A stretch of DNA of 52,522 bases, filler included, from Streblomastix strix (Eukaryota), in NCBI GenBank assembly GCA_008636045.1. It is 2 parts of 2 records of this genome, joined end to end, with 100 filler letters (N's around TTAATTAATTAA, not from the genome) between each part and the next. Parts side by side here need not be neighbours in the genome. Positions count along the whole stretch, not along the records: positions 26,327 to 52,522 come from SNRW01000176.1; 1 more part is not named here. One strand, written 5' to 3'. The position numbers and the translations under genes are program-made. Below are positions 26,327 to 39,075 of the stretch, one piece after another; positions within the stretch are counted from its first letter, which is position 1; each line of letters begins with the position of its first letter. The notes beneath the pieces were generated by a model, which was not told where the DNA came from, searched no databases, and worked only from the letters and a program-made list of their open reading frames with translations.

Positions 26327-29300
26327 TTATAAACATTTGTTGCCATGAGAAGCAAGAACCTAAACACATACCCCAAAAAATATTTAGACACATGGCGATA
26401 TAGAAAAATACAGGCAATATGTAAAGGCGGAGATTATAGAAATGTAAAATTTTAATTTAGCTAACGCAAATTAAAGACATATAGCAATTTATTCGATGAT
26501 GATTAAAGCCTTTAAGTTGTAAAAGATAGTTGTGGGGTTGAGCCTAAAGGAATTGATTTAAAAACAGGGGGATGGACATTGGAAAGTTTTATTTAAAAAA
26601 TAATGGAGATTATAATATGTATTATATGGAAGCACTAGCCAGAGCATTAAATCGTGATAAATGCAATGCCGACGGAGTCGCACTACAAAAAAGGTACAAA
26701 TCAAATTCGATTATAAGTACTAGCCATAAGTATCTTGTTAAGGTATTAAACGTATCCTTCGATATAAAATATAGAAAAATGACTGAATTTCTAAAAAAAA
26801 TTTCAAGGTCTTGACTTTGAAAAATAAAGTTGTGTTATATCGCATAAGTTCAAGATTAATTTGAATATATTTTACTTTGACGAAGAGAATAAAGTATATT
26901 ATTAGGGTAATGTAATTAAATATATTGTTGAGTATAAGCTTCTCGAAACGAATAAGCAACAAAGCGTTATCCCAACCGTTGATATATTAATCGTTCTGGA
27001 GGAAATTGACGGAAAATTAGCGCAATATGCTTTTGCAATAGCTAATAAAGAAGCATTAATTAGATTAAAATTTTATCCATTTTGCTAATCAAAAGGGTTT
27101 GATACTAAAAGCTATAATTTCCTAAGAGAGTATGAAAAATATATTAAAAAGTTTGAATAAAATGGTGCCAAAATATTTAAAAATATTAAATTGGATTATA
27201 TCTAAAAATCTTTTTGCCCACATATCACATAAAACAAAACATACTAATACCTATTAACACATAGAAGATAAAAGGAATTTAAACCGACATAATTCTATAT
27301 AACATATTACTTGGAAACAGTGGAAAAATTTATTAATAAATAATTTTACAAACCAAGTAAATAAATATCCGAACTAGTGCCTTTATCTGTTACTTCCACT
27401 ATTAAAAATAAACAAGGTATTCACACAATATATTCTGACTTGCGAAATGGAGATGATTTTATAACGCAATGGTTAAAGCAGGTGTTCAATGAGGCAGTCA
27501 TCATATAGTAAGATAATCAGTATTATATCACCGCTGGAACTATAGACAAAGACATGTAATATAACGTATAGGTGTAAGTAATTGGATTCAACAGTTCAAA
27601 ATTTGATTTTTCGCTAATTTTCAAAAAATAATATTGTGCTGATTGGTTCATAAAAAGTTATATTGGCGGTTCAGGAGTAGCCAAGCAAATAGTTGCTTAA
27701 CATAAGCATCTAGACGTCATGCTGAAATTTATTGATGTACTGACTTATTACATATCAATAACTTTAAAAGAATTTGCTTAAACATTTAACTTGGAAATTA
27801 ATAAATATAAAGGCATATTTTCTTATGAATATATAATCACTGATAACTATAAAGAAATTTTAAACTAGTCAAAACCATTTCTAATAGAATCATTCAACTC
27901 TTCACTGAAAAATACATCAATGGAATAAGAAGATTATGACTAATATATAATAGATGCAAAAATGTTTAAGAACAGATGGCAATATCTTTAATATTATAAA
28001 GAACAAGACACTAAAATAATGGTAGCGCCAATTGATGCTTTGATATAAATATATATGAAGTTTGACATCTATATGTTTAGTTTTATATCAATTGCGACTT
28101 GTGCTAAAGCAACTAAACATGCATTTGCTTATTAGTAGTTCAATTTTAATGGTTTTTATTCAAATTTAATCAACAATTCGCCTAAATTCGTTTTATAATA
28201 GAAATATTGGAATAATAAAGCATATTATTATAAAATATAAGATTTGCAACAAAAAAGAAATATAACCAATAACGCTTAAGATTCAGATTTCGAATATTTC
28301 AAACAACTATTTCTAGACAATAAATGTGCGATTTGTGGCGACGAATTCACACTTAACAATAAACCAACATTTGATATAATCAATAATAAAAATGTTTATT
28401 CAAAGGATAATGTTTAACCGTGTTGTTTGTATTGTAATACTTTTTGCTCGAATAAAGACAATAACATCCAAAAATTATTCATATAATTAAGGAGATTTTG
28501 CAGCTTTAACCACTTACCAACTAATTTGACTGACATTTATGTTTATAAACTAATCAGGTAAGGCATAACTGGTGGCTTGTCTAACGTGATGCATCGCGTT
28601 AAAATTGCTGCATAAAATTTATATAAAGAAATTTTGAAATAACAAAGAGACAAAAACAGCAACGTTTTTAACATCTGACCATAGAATAACACATATAATA
28701 AGAATAGATTTCAACTCGTTATATCCCAGTGTCATGTCATCAGAACCTCACAAATTCATCAACTATACTGGTGGTAAGAAGTGTATGCCTGGTTCTATCA
28801 TCGGTTAAATATTAAATGATTCCGTAGAAAATAAACAAAAAATACTTGATATAATTAATTGCCAAAATATGTATAATAATTAACGACAACGATTTATTGC
28901 AGAAATTATAGGACATATTGATGAGAATTATTTGAATGATTGCTTTAATTTCTCACCAATTTTAAGGAATTATGAGTTTATGACTAATGAAGAAACAATT
29001 GGAGAATAAATGTACTAGCATATGAAAGATAGCAGAATTAAAACAGATTAAAAATAGCGGAAACTGACAAATTTGTTATCTACCGTGGATATTCACATGC
29101 TATTTTGAAGTTATTATTTATGGTTTTTAATTGAAGACTGCCATTTTTTAATTGATGATGATAATCAATTGGTTTTTTTTCATAAAAATGACAAGTTCAA
29201 TGCGTTTGTGAAAGAATTAACAAAACAACAAATTAAGGCAAAAATTGAAAGGTAAAAATTTTTAGAACAATTTTCTAAAATCAATTTGAATAGCTCATAT

Positions 29301-30075
29301 TGAATTGATGATATGAACACTGAGAAATATACAAAAATAAAAATAATGAGTGAAAAACTAGCACTTTAAGCTCATTTGTCGAATACATTTATGGATGATT
29401 AGATACTTAGCGATGATGTTTATGCCACATAAATGAATCCAGAGACATATGCATGTAAAACTACTTTATAAGTTGCATATTTTGTTCTAGACAATGCCAG
29501 GTACTGGTACTTAACATTCATTTACAATTTCATGCATAAGTGTTTGGACATGGATAAGATATATTTTGTAGAAGGAGATACTGATTCAGCGTATTGGGCG
29601 GTGTCAGTTGATGAAGATGATGATTATAAACAATAATTTAAATATGTTATAAAAAATTTACATTTTTATGACGAAAATGCTAAATACTTCTTTCCAACAA
29701 TAGATGGTGATTAATTTGAAGAGAATAAAATTTTAGGGCATGCAATAGAACGAGAAGGTACAGAAATGATAGTATTAGCTCATAAAAATTATTTTATATA
29801 TATTATTAATAAAAAAAAATAAAATTAAAAGGTGTCAATCAAATTATTAATAAAATTACTAAAAACTAAATAACGGATAACGCAACTAATGGAACAATAA
29901 CCAAATGTACTAAGATGCGGTTAGGTTAAAAGAATTATTAGATGATCAAGTTATTTACTGAAAAAGATGTAATAACGGGAATTCATTCAAAAATGGTGGA
30001 ACAAAATGATTAAAGCTGTTATCTATTTATATTTAATTTGAAAGCAAGTGATTATACGTTCAAAGGATGTAAAAA
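26327..30075 (+). pseudogene. polB: Protein-primed family B DNA polymerase with internal Cys-rich nuclease-like insert
   Basis: ExoII IGFNSSKFDF (27581), motif A IDFNSLYPS (28704), motif B KINLNSSY* (TGA at 29301 where Gly is expected), motif C EGDTDS (29571); several frameshifts. Confidence 0.93.
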
Positions 30076-30465
30076 TAAATTATTCAAACTTATTTTTTTA
30101 CGGTTATTTTAATAGTTTAAGATATAAAATATATCTCCAGTGTGTTGCGAGTTCCAATTCTTTATTAGCAATGGCTTTATTCAAAAATTGTTCTATTTAT
30201 TATACGTATTATTCGCTCCAGTGTATTTTAGGCTAATCTTTGCTCATTTTTCTTTTATAAAAAAACTATGTAAAATAAATCGTTATATTTAGTGGTATCA
30301 GTACCACATCCTAATAGCCCCATAATTTTTTAATTGAATTAACGATATCGGATAATTGCTCAGGAATAGAGACAGACAAAACAGATATAACAAAATTGAC
30401 GCCATAAAATAAGTAATTCATTAGAATCATAAAAAAATTCAATGTATTTATTTTAAATTATAAAA

Positions 30466-31481
30466 ATGTCGCTATAAGAGTTATAGAACATAACATTTTC
30501 GAACTAGGACTTACTAAACGAATAACAAACTAGACCATCAATCAAAAACTCCTTATTCCTCGTTAATGGAAACCAATATATTGTTAGAACTGTTGATAGT
30601 GGTAAAACAACATTAATGTCTAAGCTAATAGTAACATACTAAAAAGTGATCAATCCATACATGTTATATTTCTCAAATTTTGGTATGGGCGAGACAATGC
30701 CATTAAATCTTAACAGTAAAAACATTTCACTAACCAATATAACTTATGGGGAAGCAATGTTGTTTTTACCAAAATTTGATGAAATAAAATATTCAACAAA
30801 AGAGGTATATACATGGTATAAATTGCATGAGTAAGGTTTCAAATATACTAGTGATTTTATAAAAAGAGTGGAAGAAAAAATAATATAGTAAAATGAAGCT
30901 TAAACCAATGAAAAGCTTTAAGTATATTTAAAACGAACGGCTGAATTATTCAAGTAATATGTTATAGAAAATATTAATAAATATAGATTGTCATTCAAAA
31001 TATTACGGTTTGATATTTCAGCACTCAGAAAAAATATTAACTAAAAAAAGAAAATGAAGGTCATAGATGATAAACAAACGGCAGATATAAAAATATTGAA
31101 AATACCAGGACTAATTAAAGCACAATTGTTAAATGCACTGATGCTTTTCGATGATATTGGTAGTAATGCCGATATCCAACGTTTTAATTCTTCACTAGCT
31201 AAATCAATTACCGATTTGGTTAGTGATTCAAGGCATTCAAAAAATACCGTATTTTTTATAGTGCAGAGGCCAAGTTATTTATTTAAAACTGCAAGAATAT
31301 AATCCTATGTAAGATCTATAGGCGCTAATCTTGGAGAGAGTGATTTAAAACAAGTATATTAAGAAAACACGATATAAACCTTGATTTTGAAGAGTTTTTA
31401 CTGCTATGTTCCACATTATAAAAATATGAATTTATTGTTTTAAACAAGCTTTTCAGTAAGTATGAAATATCACGAAATTGA
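30466..31481 (+). pseudogene. A32/FtsK-HerA-like DNA packaging ATPase
   Basis: Eroded Walker A YIVRTVDSGKTT (~30580-30612), Walker B LMLFDD (31138), family motif SRHSKNTVFFIVQRPSYL; frameshift near 31380. Confidence 0.85.
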
Positions 31482-31501
31482 TTATTTTGTATATAAATAA
31501 A

Positions 31502-31738
31502 ATGGACTCGTTGTATTAATTAGCCACAAGCTTTGGTCTATAATATAATGCTACGGACTATAATATATTCAAAATATTTGAAGTGCTAATAGAAAATGAT
31601 GATATGAACAAGAAAGAAAAAAAATATACTATTAATTTTAAAGACATTATAGTTGTTAAGAATCTTTACAGGATAAATTTTAGAGATAATAAAATATATT
31701 CAATACCTCAATTTATTGATTAGGTTTAATTCAACTGA
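31502..31738 (+). CDS. Small viral hypothetical protein (78 aa)
   Basis: MDSLYQLATSFGLQYNATDYNIF...QVQFN-TGA; TAAAATG start context shared with neighbouring viral genes. Confidence 0.5.
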
Positions 31739-31744
31739 TAATAA

Positions 31745-32185
31745 TTGACCAAGCTACTATTTTATGAATTATTAATAAAGTCATTATATATTTATTTTTC
31801 CTGTTCATTTGCTTCAGATATAATGAATTTTTTTATTTGTTATGGTTAATTTTTTCTAATTCAGTTAATTTTTAATACAATTATACTTATTTTTGTAATA
31901 TTTTTCTTGCTCGTTGAACAATTTATTTTCATATTCTTCTGCATCGACATATCGTTTTATCTGTAGCAATTTGTTCTATTAATTCACAAACTATTTGTTT
32001 ATTCTCGTTAATTCTTATAATAATGAATATTTTATTATCTCTTTATCTTTTATTAACAGTTTTTTTAGAGCATCAATTGTTGCACTTATCAAATCATCAT
32101 TTTCAAAATTTGACTTCATTACTTCATGAAACAACTATTTTATAGGATTTATATTATCTATTGCATTAGGTATTGGCGAGGCCAT
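31745..32185 (-). pseudogene. Small basic viral orphan gene, disrupted
   Basis: MASPIPNAIDNINP, frameshift, then QLFHEVMKSNFENDDLISATIDALKK... Confidence 0.4.
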
Positions 32186-32237
32186 TTACGTAAAAATAAT
32201 TTAAAATTTATAGCAAAAAAGTCTTGCAATTAATGTC

Positions 32238-34090
32238 TCATGGAGGTACCGACCCTAAAGTAATAGGTTTAGCACGCCAAAATACTTTTTCTCCATCACT
32301 ATAAAATCCACCATCTGTTCCAATACTATTTACACCCCATAATATCGGATTTCCTGCTGAATAATTAACTGACCCATTAGTAGCACCATTAGTTGCTCCA
32401 GTTCCTGCAATAACTGACCCATTGAAACTTAATGTGTTTCCATCAGCACTTATTGTTAATCCTCTATTAGCTGCTCCGCTTTCATTACTTAAGCCTATTG
32501 TTAATTTTAATAGGTTTTAATCAAAATTATCAGGTTATGAAACTATTTACCACTAATTATCAATATAACCAGTATTTGAATTTGGATCACTACCAAATTA
32601 TATATTACTCCATTAGTTTTTTGTTGATCTACTTATTCATATCCCTTCGTTATATGTTGCATCAGCTGATGGATTTACCTATAATAATTTTCTGAATGTT
32701 TTTATTCCTGTTATTGTTTAGTCAGTAGCAACATCAACGAATCCATTACCATTATATGTTAATATATTTCCATCAACACTAATACGTAATCATCAACTAA
32801 TGTTTTCAAAATCAGATGATTAGCAAATAGCCTATTATTGTGCTATAGAACCTTCATTGATCATGATACTAGCAGTCCATTAACCTGTTATTTCCCTGCT
32901 ATATTAAGCTGGATCAACTCCAAATAAAATTTAACCTGACCCATTAGTTGCATTTGCAATTCATATTCCTTCATTATAATCAGCACCTGTTGGAATTATT
33001 TAAAATATATTATTGAATGTTTTTATACCAGTAATGGTTTAACTAGATGCTAAATCGACTACTCCGTTTATTGCATCACCATTAATACACAGTATTTCTG
33101 TTGCTAATCCTCCAGTCTTAACAAATTTAGTTGCTGTAATGTTTCCGTCATATTTTAATTACTATGGATGAACATGATCATTTCTACAATAATAATCACT
33201 CGTACAATTAGCCGCAGCAGTAGCATTTACAAGAGGTACATTTGCAGTAGCTGGATCAACATTTGTTGGATGTTAATGTGAATCACTATCATATATATTA
33301 GAAGTACCAACTGTTCCAGTTCCAGTATCTTTTAGGGGAACACTACTATTTAAATTTATTTTATGAGTATGATCGGATCTAGCATAAGTATTAGCAACTG
33401 ATTCTTCACAATTTGCAGTATCTTTTGCTGGTAAAACAGAGGAAACTTATAAAGGATGTTAATGGTCCCCTCCGGCATAATTATTTTAAATTCCAACAAC
33501 ACCTGCTTCACTATCTGCAAATGGTGTATTATCACTTGCTGGGGTTATCTAATCAGGTACTATATCACCATTATTATACCAATTAGTTTCATACATCCAT
33601 ACTGTTCCACTTTCAGCACTAAAAGCAAAATCACCACTAGCGGAATTAGGCAAGTTTTATATAACACTATTCAATAAATAATAGCCTCTAAAATGTATCT
33701 ATCACTCTAGTTCTTACTAAATAGTTTATATATCACTTTTTAACCCATCAATATCTTACTCTACCACTCCTACTGATGACTACAACTAATTTACTTCTTT
33801 TATTAACTAGTTAATTTATACAACAAAATCAAAGTTTATTACTTTTATATTCTTTATTATCAGCAGTCCATTTGGTGCTATTTTGAGTGCAAGATCGGTT
33901 GCATAACCATCAACTATTTCATTTTTTAGCAGCATATACTAGTGCATTATCATTATCTATAAACAGTTAATATTCATCATTTTGCAGTTTTCATCCGCTA
34001 TAGCTTACCTTTTTTGGTACTGTATATAAAAAGCTATATTATCAGTAATTATTTACTGAATTGTTCGGATATGTTGCTGTGTTAATGGAT
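32238..34090 (-). pseudogene. Fibre/tail-fibre-like virion protein 1
   Basis: Heptad-like N-terminal part, HFRGYY, YARSDHTH and DHVHP repeats, two QTITGIKTF repeats, Gly-rich end ILWGVNSIGTDGGFYSDGEKVFWRAKPITLGSVPP-TGA; start eroded. Confidence 0.7.
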
Positions 34091-34156
34091 TATTTTAAGT
34101 AAATATATTTATTTAAAAATAAATTAAGGAATAAAAAGCATTAATCATGCAATATT

Positions 34157-34363
34157 TCACTGTTTATTGATCAATCTATCCACAGCCCCAACAAGATTAG
34201 CCCCAGCACCTAGTGATCCATCAATTCCTGGGTGTATCATTCCTACAGGGCCTGAAATTGTATTTAATACTTTGTGAAGAGTTGGCGCTACCCAATAAGC
34301 AGCATGTTTAATACCTCCTAATATTTTTCTTCTGATGTTTGCGATACCATTGAAAAATCTCAT
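34157..34363 (-). CDS. 68-aa Gly/Ala-rich amphipathic peptide, putative virion protein
   Basis: Intact ORF MRFFNGIANIRRKILGGIKHAAYWVAP..., head-to-head with the putative capsid gene. Confidence 0.6.
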   Translation of the reverse strand: MRFFNGIANIRRKILGGIKHAAYWVAPTLHKVLNTISGPVGMIHPGIDGSLGAGANLVGAVDRLINKQ

Positions 34364-34387
34364 TTATTTATTTTTATAAATAATAAA

Positions 34388-36370
34388 ATGTCGTTCAGTA
34401 CAAGCGACTACATTTAAAGACTATCCAAAATGCAACACCCCGATTACATTAGCTGATGCATGCAACTTGGTGAGGTGTTAAAAACACTATCAATTCATGT
34501 GTAATCCTTCGCAATTTCTAAGCAATAATTTTTTGACTCGCCAGTAAATTTGCTTACATCAGCAGGTGTTAGATATACACGTGCTCCGTTGGCTGCAAGA
34601 GGAACAGCTATTTGCTCAATGATATATACATGCTAAGTAAATTGGATTATTATAATCCTTGCAAATATATTAGCAGTATAAATAAATAGGTGTGAAATTT
34701 AAGGATCTACCTCTGAACTCTTAAAAGGAAGAGTCAATTTTAATGCAGTTGAGGACTCTACTGCAGCTACTACCAAGAATATGACATAAGGCATACAAAA
34801 TTATTATGGAAAATCTTCAGATGATCCTATAAATAGCGAACACCTGAAGTTTTGACTTGGTTTCTCCACTGATTGCGGATCCTTTTATCAGTTTGCAATA
34901 TTACGAGATGCTTAAAATTTATGGAATACAGCAATATATGCGAGAGAGTAAGCAGTTATTTGTTCAAATTCATTAATAGATTTATTCACTTATAACTCTG
35001 TCAGTGTCTCATTACTCGAGAGTATTATTGTTGGCAAACGCCACTGTGGTATATTTATTGATATACTGCTTAGTGATATAGATACTGCAGCAACTGGAGC
35101 TACCGAATTTTTTTATCTGATTTCATATGATCTAACTTTTAGCGGTATTTTAAAATTGAACTAATTAAACCCAATTTTAATTCATTCCCCGTACTGACAA
35201 GAAACTTTGCATCATTATACTTATAACTATGGGTGTAGGTTTTCCTTTAAGATTTAAAAATTGTGTAGCTAAATAAATCAGATACAATTTAAATTGTCAT
35301 CTGGCATATGCAATGATTCCATCAGAGAAACCAGACGTTGTTTATCTATTAAGTAGAGAAGAAGATGAAGACACACATGCATATTCATTGTATAATGTTA
35401 GGCTTGTTAATATGTAAAATGTTCCAAAGGATGCAAAAGTACCATAAAATTCCATTAGTTAAATTTCAAATGTTAAATTTAAAGAGCTAGAAATATAAAA
35501 TGCATGTTCTAATATAGAAAATGAAGATGCAACTGTTGAAATGATAAAAGTATAAAGAATAATTAATTTCCTTACACAAGGTATAAGATCCTAATCTTCA
35601 AATTTCCCATTCAGTGGTTTTTTAATCCATATCTCGTAGTATGTAAAGTATAATGTCATTTGCTAATATATAAGCACTATTTATGACGTTTGCCATGCCA
35701 CAATATCCTACTTGGTTCGTCCATATACCATTTTATAACTTTAATTTGGTTGTTGATTAAAAGAATTTAATACCATAACCTTATAAAGTACTAACCCAAT
35801 CAACTAATAGCTAATTGTTTGATTGGTTTGTCGATTAAGGTGTTGTAAGTGCTCCGTCAGACCTATACCATTCACTTACTTTTGAAAATGTAAATGTTGA
35901 TGATAACGAAAATTTTTATGGTTATATTGATGATGGAAGTGATGTAGCATCTACTGCTAATATATTTTAAGGTACAATATTATTTAATAGAATTTAAACC
36001 ACAAAAACATTATACCAAAATAAGTATATGCTGGCATGGAAGATGGCGACTGACGACTCTTTTATGCGTGGTTATAACTCTTCAAAAACTGGTGCTAGGA
36101 TAAATATATAAGTAATTTTTAACGGAAATTTGACTCAAGGAATTGTAGATACTATACAATTAAATCTATCACAGAATTATAATGATTTTAAACAATTTAT
36201 TGGTATGCGAAGCAATTCAGACCCTCATTAAATAGCATTTACACCAATTATGCACTACTTATGTGATGCACTTATCCGTATAACTTTTGTTGATAACCCA
36301 GATCCACAAGTATTAAGCATGGATGTTATAGAAGAATTGGGTGGTTCATCGATTAGAAGCAGTTGCTAGC
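34388..36370 (+). pseudogene. Putative major capsid protein (double jelly-roll inferred)
   Basis: About 660 codons of non-low-complexity, beta-prone sequence (MSFSTSDYIQRL...VLSMDVIEELGG) between the fibre genes; called from size and context, not a diagnostic motif; internal TGA and frameshifts. Confidence 0.55.
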
Positions 36371-36549
36371 ATTAATAGGAAAAAATAAACGTTAGGATGA
36401 ATAATAACGATATCATTTTTGACAAATTAATGGTTTTCAATCATTTGCAAATCTTCGATTCACAAGCATATTTTATGGCCGCTTCCCAAATGGTTTTAAT
36501 GATAACATGCCAATATATGTTTAATTATTCAAGGAAATAAATGATGGTC

Positions 36550-37550
36550 TCGTTAAATCATTCCATTTTTTTAAAAAATTATCAATTTGTCCTAAAATTA
36601 ATAAAATATGTACCATTAATATCAACATTTAATGTAGCTGGGAAATTTATAAAAGAATTGGAATTTATAGTAATAATGGCCCTGCTGATTGATTATACAA
36701 TCGAGATTTTAATTTATATTTGCTGATGAGGCAGTTAAATGTTATATAGTTATTATTCCAGAAAATTTAGGCGTAAAATCATCATCAACAGTCCCTATTA
36801 TGACTGGAATACTAGTCGAACCATCTTATGACGTCCAATGAAGATGCGCACTAATATAAGCGATACCGCTGCCATATAAAACTAATGAATCTTAGCTTAA
36901 TCAAACGACTTAATCACCCACATGAAACACATTTGATTTGGCGACTATTGGTGCAATAAATTAGTTATAATATTTTAATGAAATACAATCGAAATCAATA
37001 ATTAGACCCTTATAATCATATGCTTAATCTTCTTATTTTTATATTCTAAATTATGATGAAGTGGATCCAACTTTCCATAGACCATTTTATCCATAGCGTC
37101 ATTATTACAACTAGTGAGTACAATGCTATCCCAATTTGCTTTATTTTTCATTAATTAAATACCATACTCTAATATGTTATCACTCGGTTTAATAATCATT
37201 TACCCAATCGCATAAGGATATCGTTTTGGTAAAAAATCCCTTATGTCTGATGTATCACCATTAGCCAGTAGAATTTAATTGCTCGACTCACATTATTTAA
37301 TTATTTTATCTGCATAAATCGGTGATAAAAATATTTTGATTCCATCTATTGTTTGATTAGTACGTAAATTAATATAATCAATAGAATTTTTGAAAAAATA
37401 ACTCAAATAGTTGAAGTATTTTATAATTTCGTTATCAATCATTTATATTAGAGCATTTTTTACTTTAAATATTTTTAATACTTTTCTTATATTTTTTATA
37501 ACCTTTTTAATTTTTCTTACAAATTTTTCAAATCATCATCAAGTAGCCAT
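36550..37550 (-). pseudogene. Fibre-like virion protein 2
   Basis: NQTIDGIKIF and QILLANGDT motifs followed by a beta-rich C-terminal domain; frameshift just after the ATG and an internal TGA. Confidence 0.6.
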
Positions 37551-37569
37551 AAATTGTTATTTAATTAAT

Positions 37570-38180
37570 TATTCATTTTATATATCCAAAAATAATGCAA
37601 AACGAATCACTCATAATTACCATTTCGCAGTTTTTCAAGATATAAATAAAATTTTTTATGGTTAATATCACAAACGCATACAGTATTAGAAGGAATATGT
37701 GTATATTTATGATCAAGTAATTTTCTAATTTTCAATCTGTTATGAAAATATACGTTAAAAATCTTAGTCATAACTTTATCCTTCTAATTTTTATCCGTAA
37801 TATAAAATTAATTATTAACTTCCTTCTGGTAAATCATTAAAATATTCATATTAAACTTTATTATAACATGATCTATTTATTTAATTATCTGAATTGCTTA
37901 CCCAACGGAAATTTACAATTCTGTTATTATTTCTTACATGATTTTTATGGTCTGTTTATGGTAAATTATCAGGGTTAGGAATAAAATATAATGCGTATAT
38001 TTTATGAATATAAAAAAATTTTTCTACTCAATTGTGTAAAAAAACATCCTGTATTTTTATTATACGATATTTAAGGTATAAATTAATCACTAATTCTTCG
38101 AATAGTATATGGTTCATCGGTAAGAATTTCATAATCTTTATTAACAATTAATACTTCCAAATTATTTTACTCTTCCAATT
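37570..38180 (-). pseudogene. HNH homing-type endonuclease
   Basis: KDYEILTDEPYTIRR...HKIYALYFIPNPDNLPQTDHKNHVRNNNRIVNFRWVSNSDN matches the HNH_3-type pattern; one frameshift. Confidence 0.85.
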
Positions 38181-38224
38181 TATTGATAATAAAAATAATA
38201 AAAAAAATAAATATGGATATAATA

Positions 38225-39051
38225 ATTTTCAAAAATCATTTTCAGTTATTTCCATCTCTGGCGCTTCATTTAAACGGATGAAGTCGCAATTTACTCGATA
38301 AAGTTTTTCAATAGAATTATATAGCGCATTATCCAACACTTTTACAGACACATTTTTTTATTAAAATATCTTACACTCTAATAAGATCCTTTTTCTTGAA
38401 CTTTTTAGGTATACAAGTATGTGGTTATATAATGGCTTCCTCTAGTATTATTTCAACAGTTTATTTTGGTTGTTTATAACGATTTACTTTTTTATTTGAA
38501 TTTCTCTAATTATTTTATGGCGTCTTAAAGCTATTGCCTTATNNNNNNNNNNATATAATGGCTTCCTCTAGTATTATTTCAACATCATTTTCATCATTCT
38601 AAGTGATTAATGCCCAGAATTTTATAAAATTATCAGATGAAAAAACAAAAGCATCTCCACGTTATCTGTGGGCAGTCGTTCTCCAAATTACGTCAATTAC
38701 AAATTTTTATACTATGAGATTGGGATATGATAGGTATATACTTTTTGGTTATTCTTCTGCTAATTATTATATGGCCTCTTCCGATAATACTTATGCTGTT
38801 GTTCTATCTACTTCTTTATACATATTTATATTATATTTTCTGGTGCTTCTTGCGGTATGCTCAGGTTCTATTTATTATTCCTGTTAATTTGTTTATTAAT
38901 TAGCAGGCAGTATTTTTATACGATTAATTGCTTCATCGATTAATTGGAGTCTAATTTTATCCTCATCTGTCAACTCTTTTTTCTTAATATCAGACATTTA
39001 TTTCTTACTCTTCGACATTCTTACCTGGTTTCTTTCAATACCCTTTATCAT
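38225..39051 (-). pseudogene. Viral orphan gene (homolog at 1-260), interrupted by the gap region 38451-38584
   Basis: MIKGIERNQVRMSKSKKQ...YKEVDRTTAQV...; frameshifts. Confidence 0.6.
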
Positions 39052-39075
39052 TTTATTTATTTTTAAAATATTAAA

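Noticed and set aside
26200..26340. Virus inserted into, or fused with, the surface-protein gene
   Set aside because: The junction is an artificial linker, so adjacency is unproven
29985..30248. Small minus-strand ORF MSKDQPKIHWSEQ...
   Set aside because: Plausible start context but overlaps the PolB end and has no recognisable motif; not supportable
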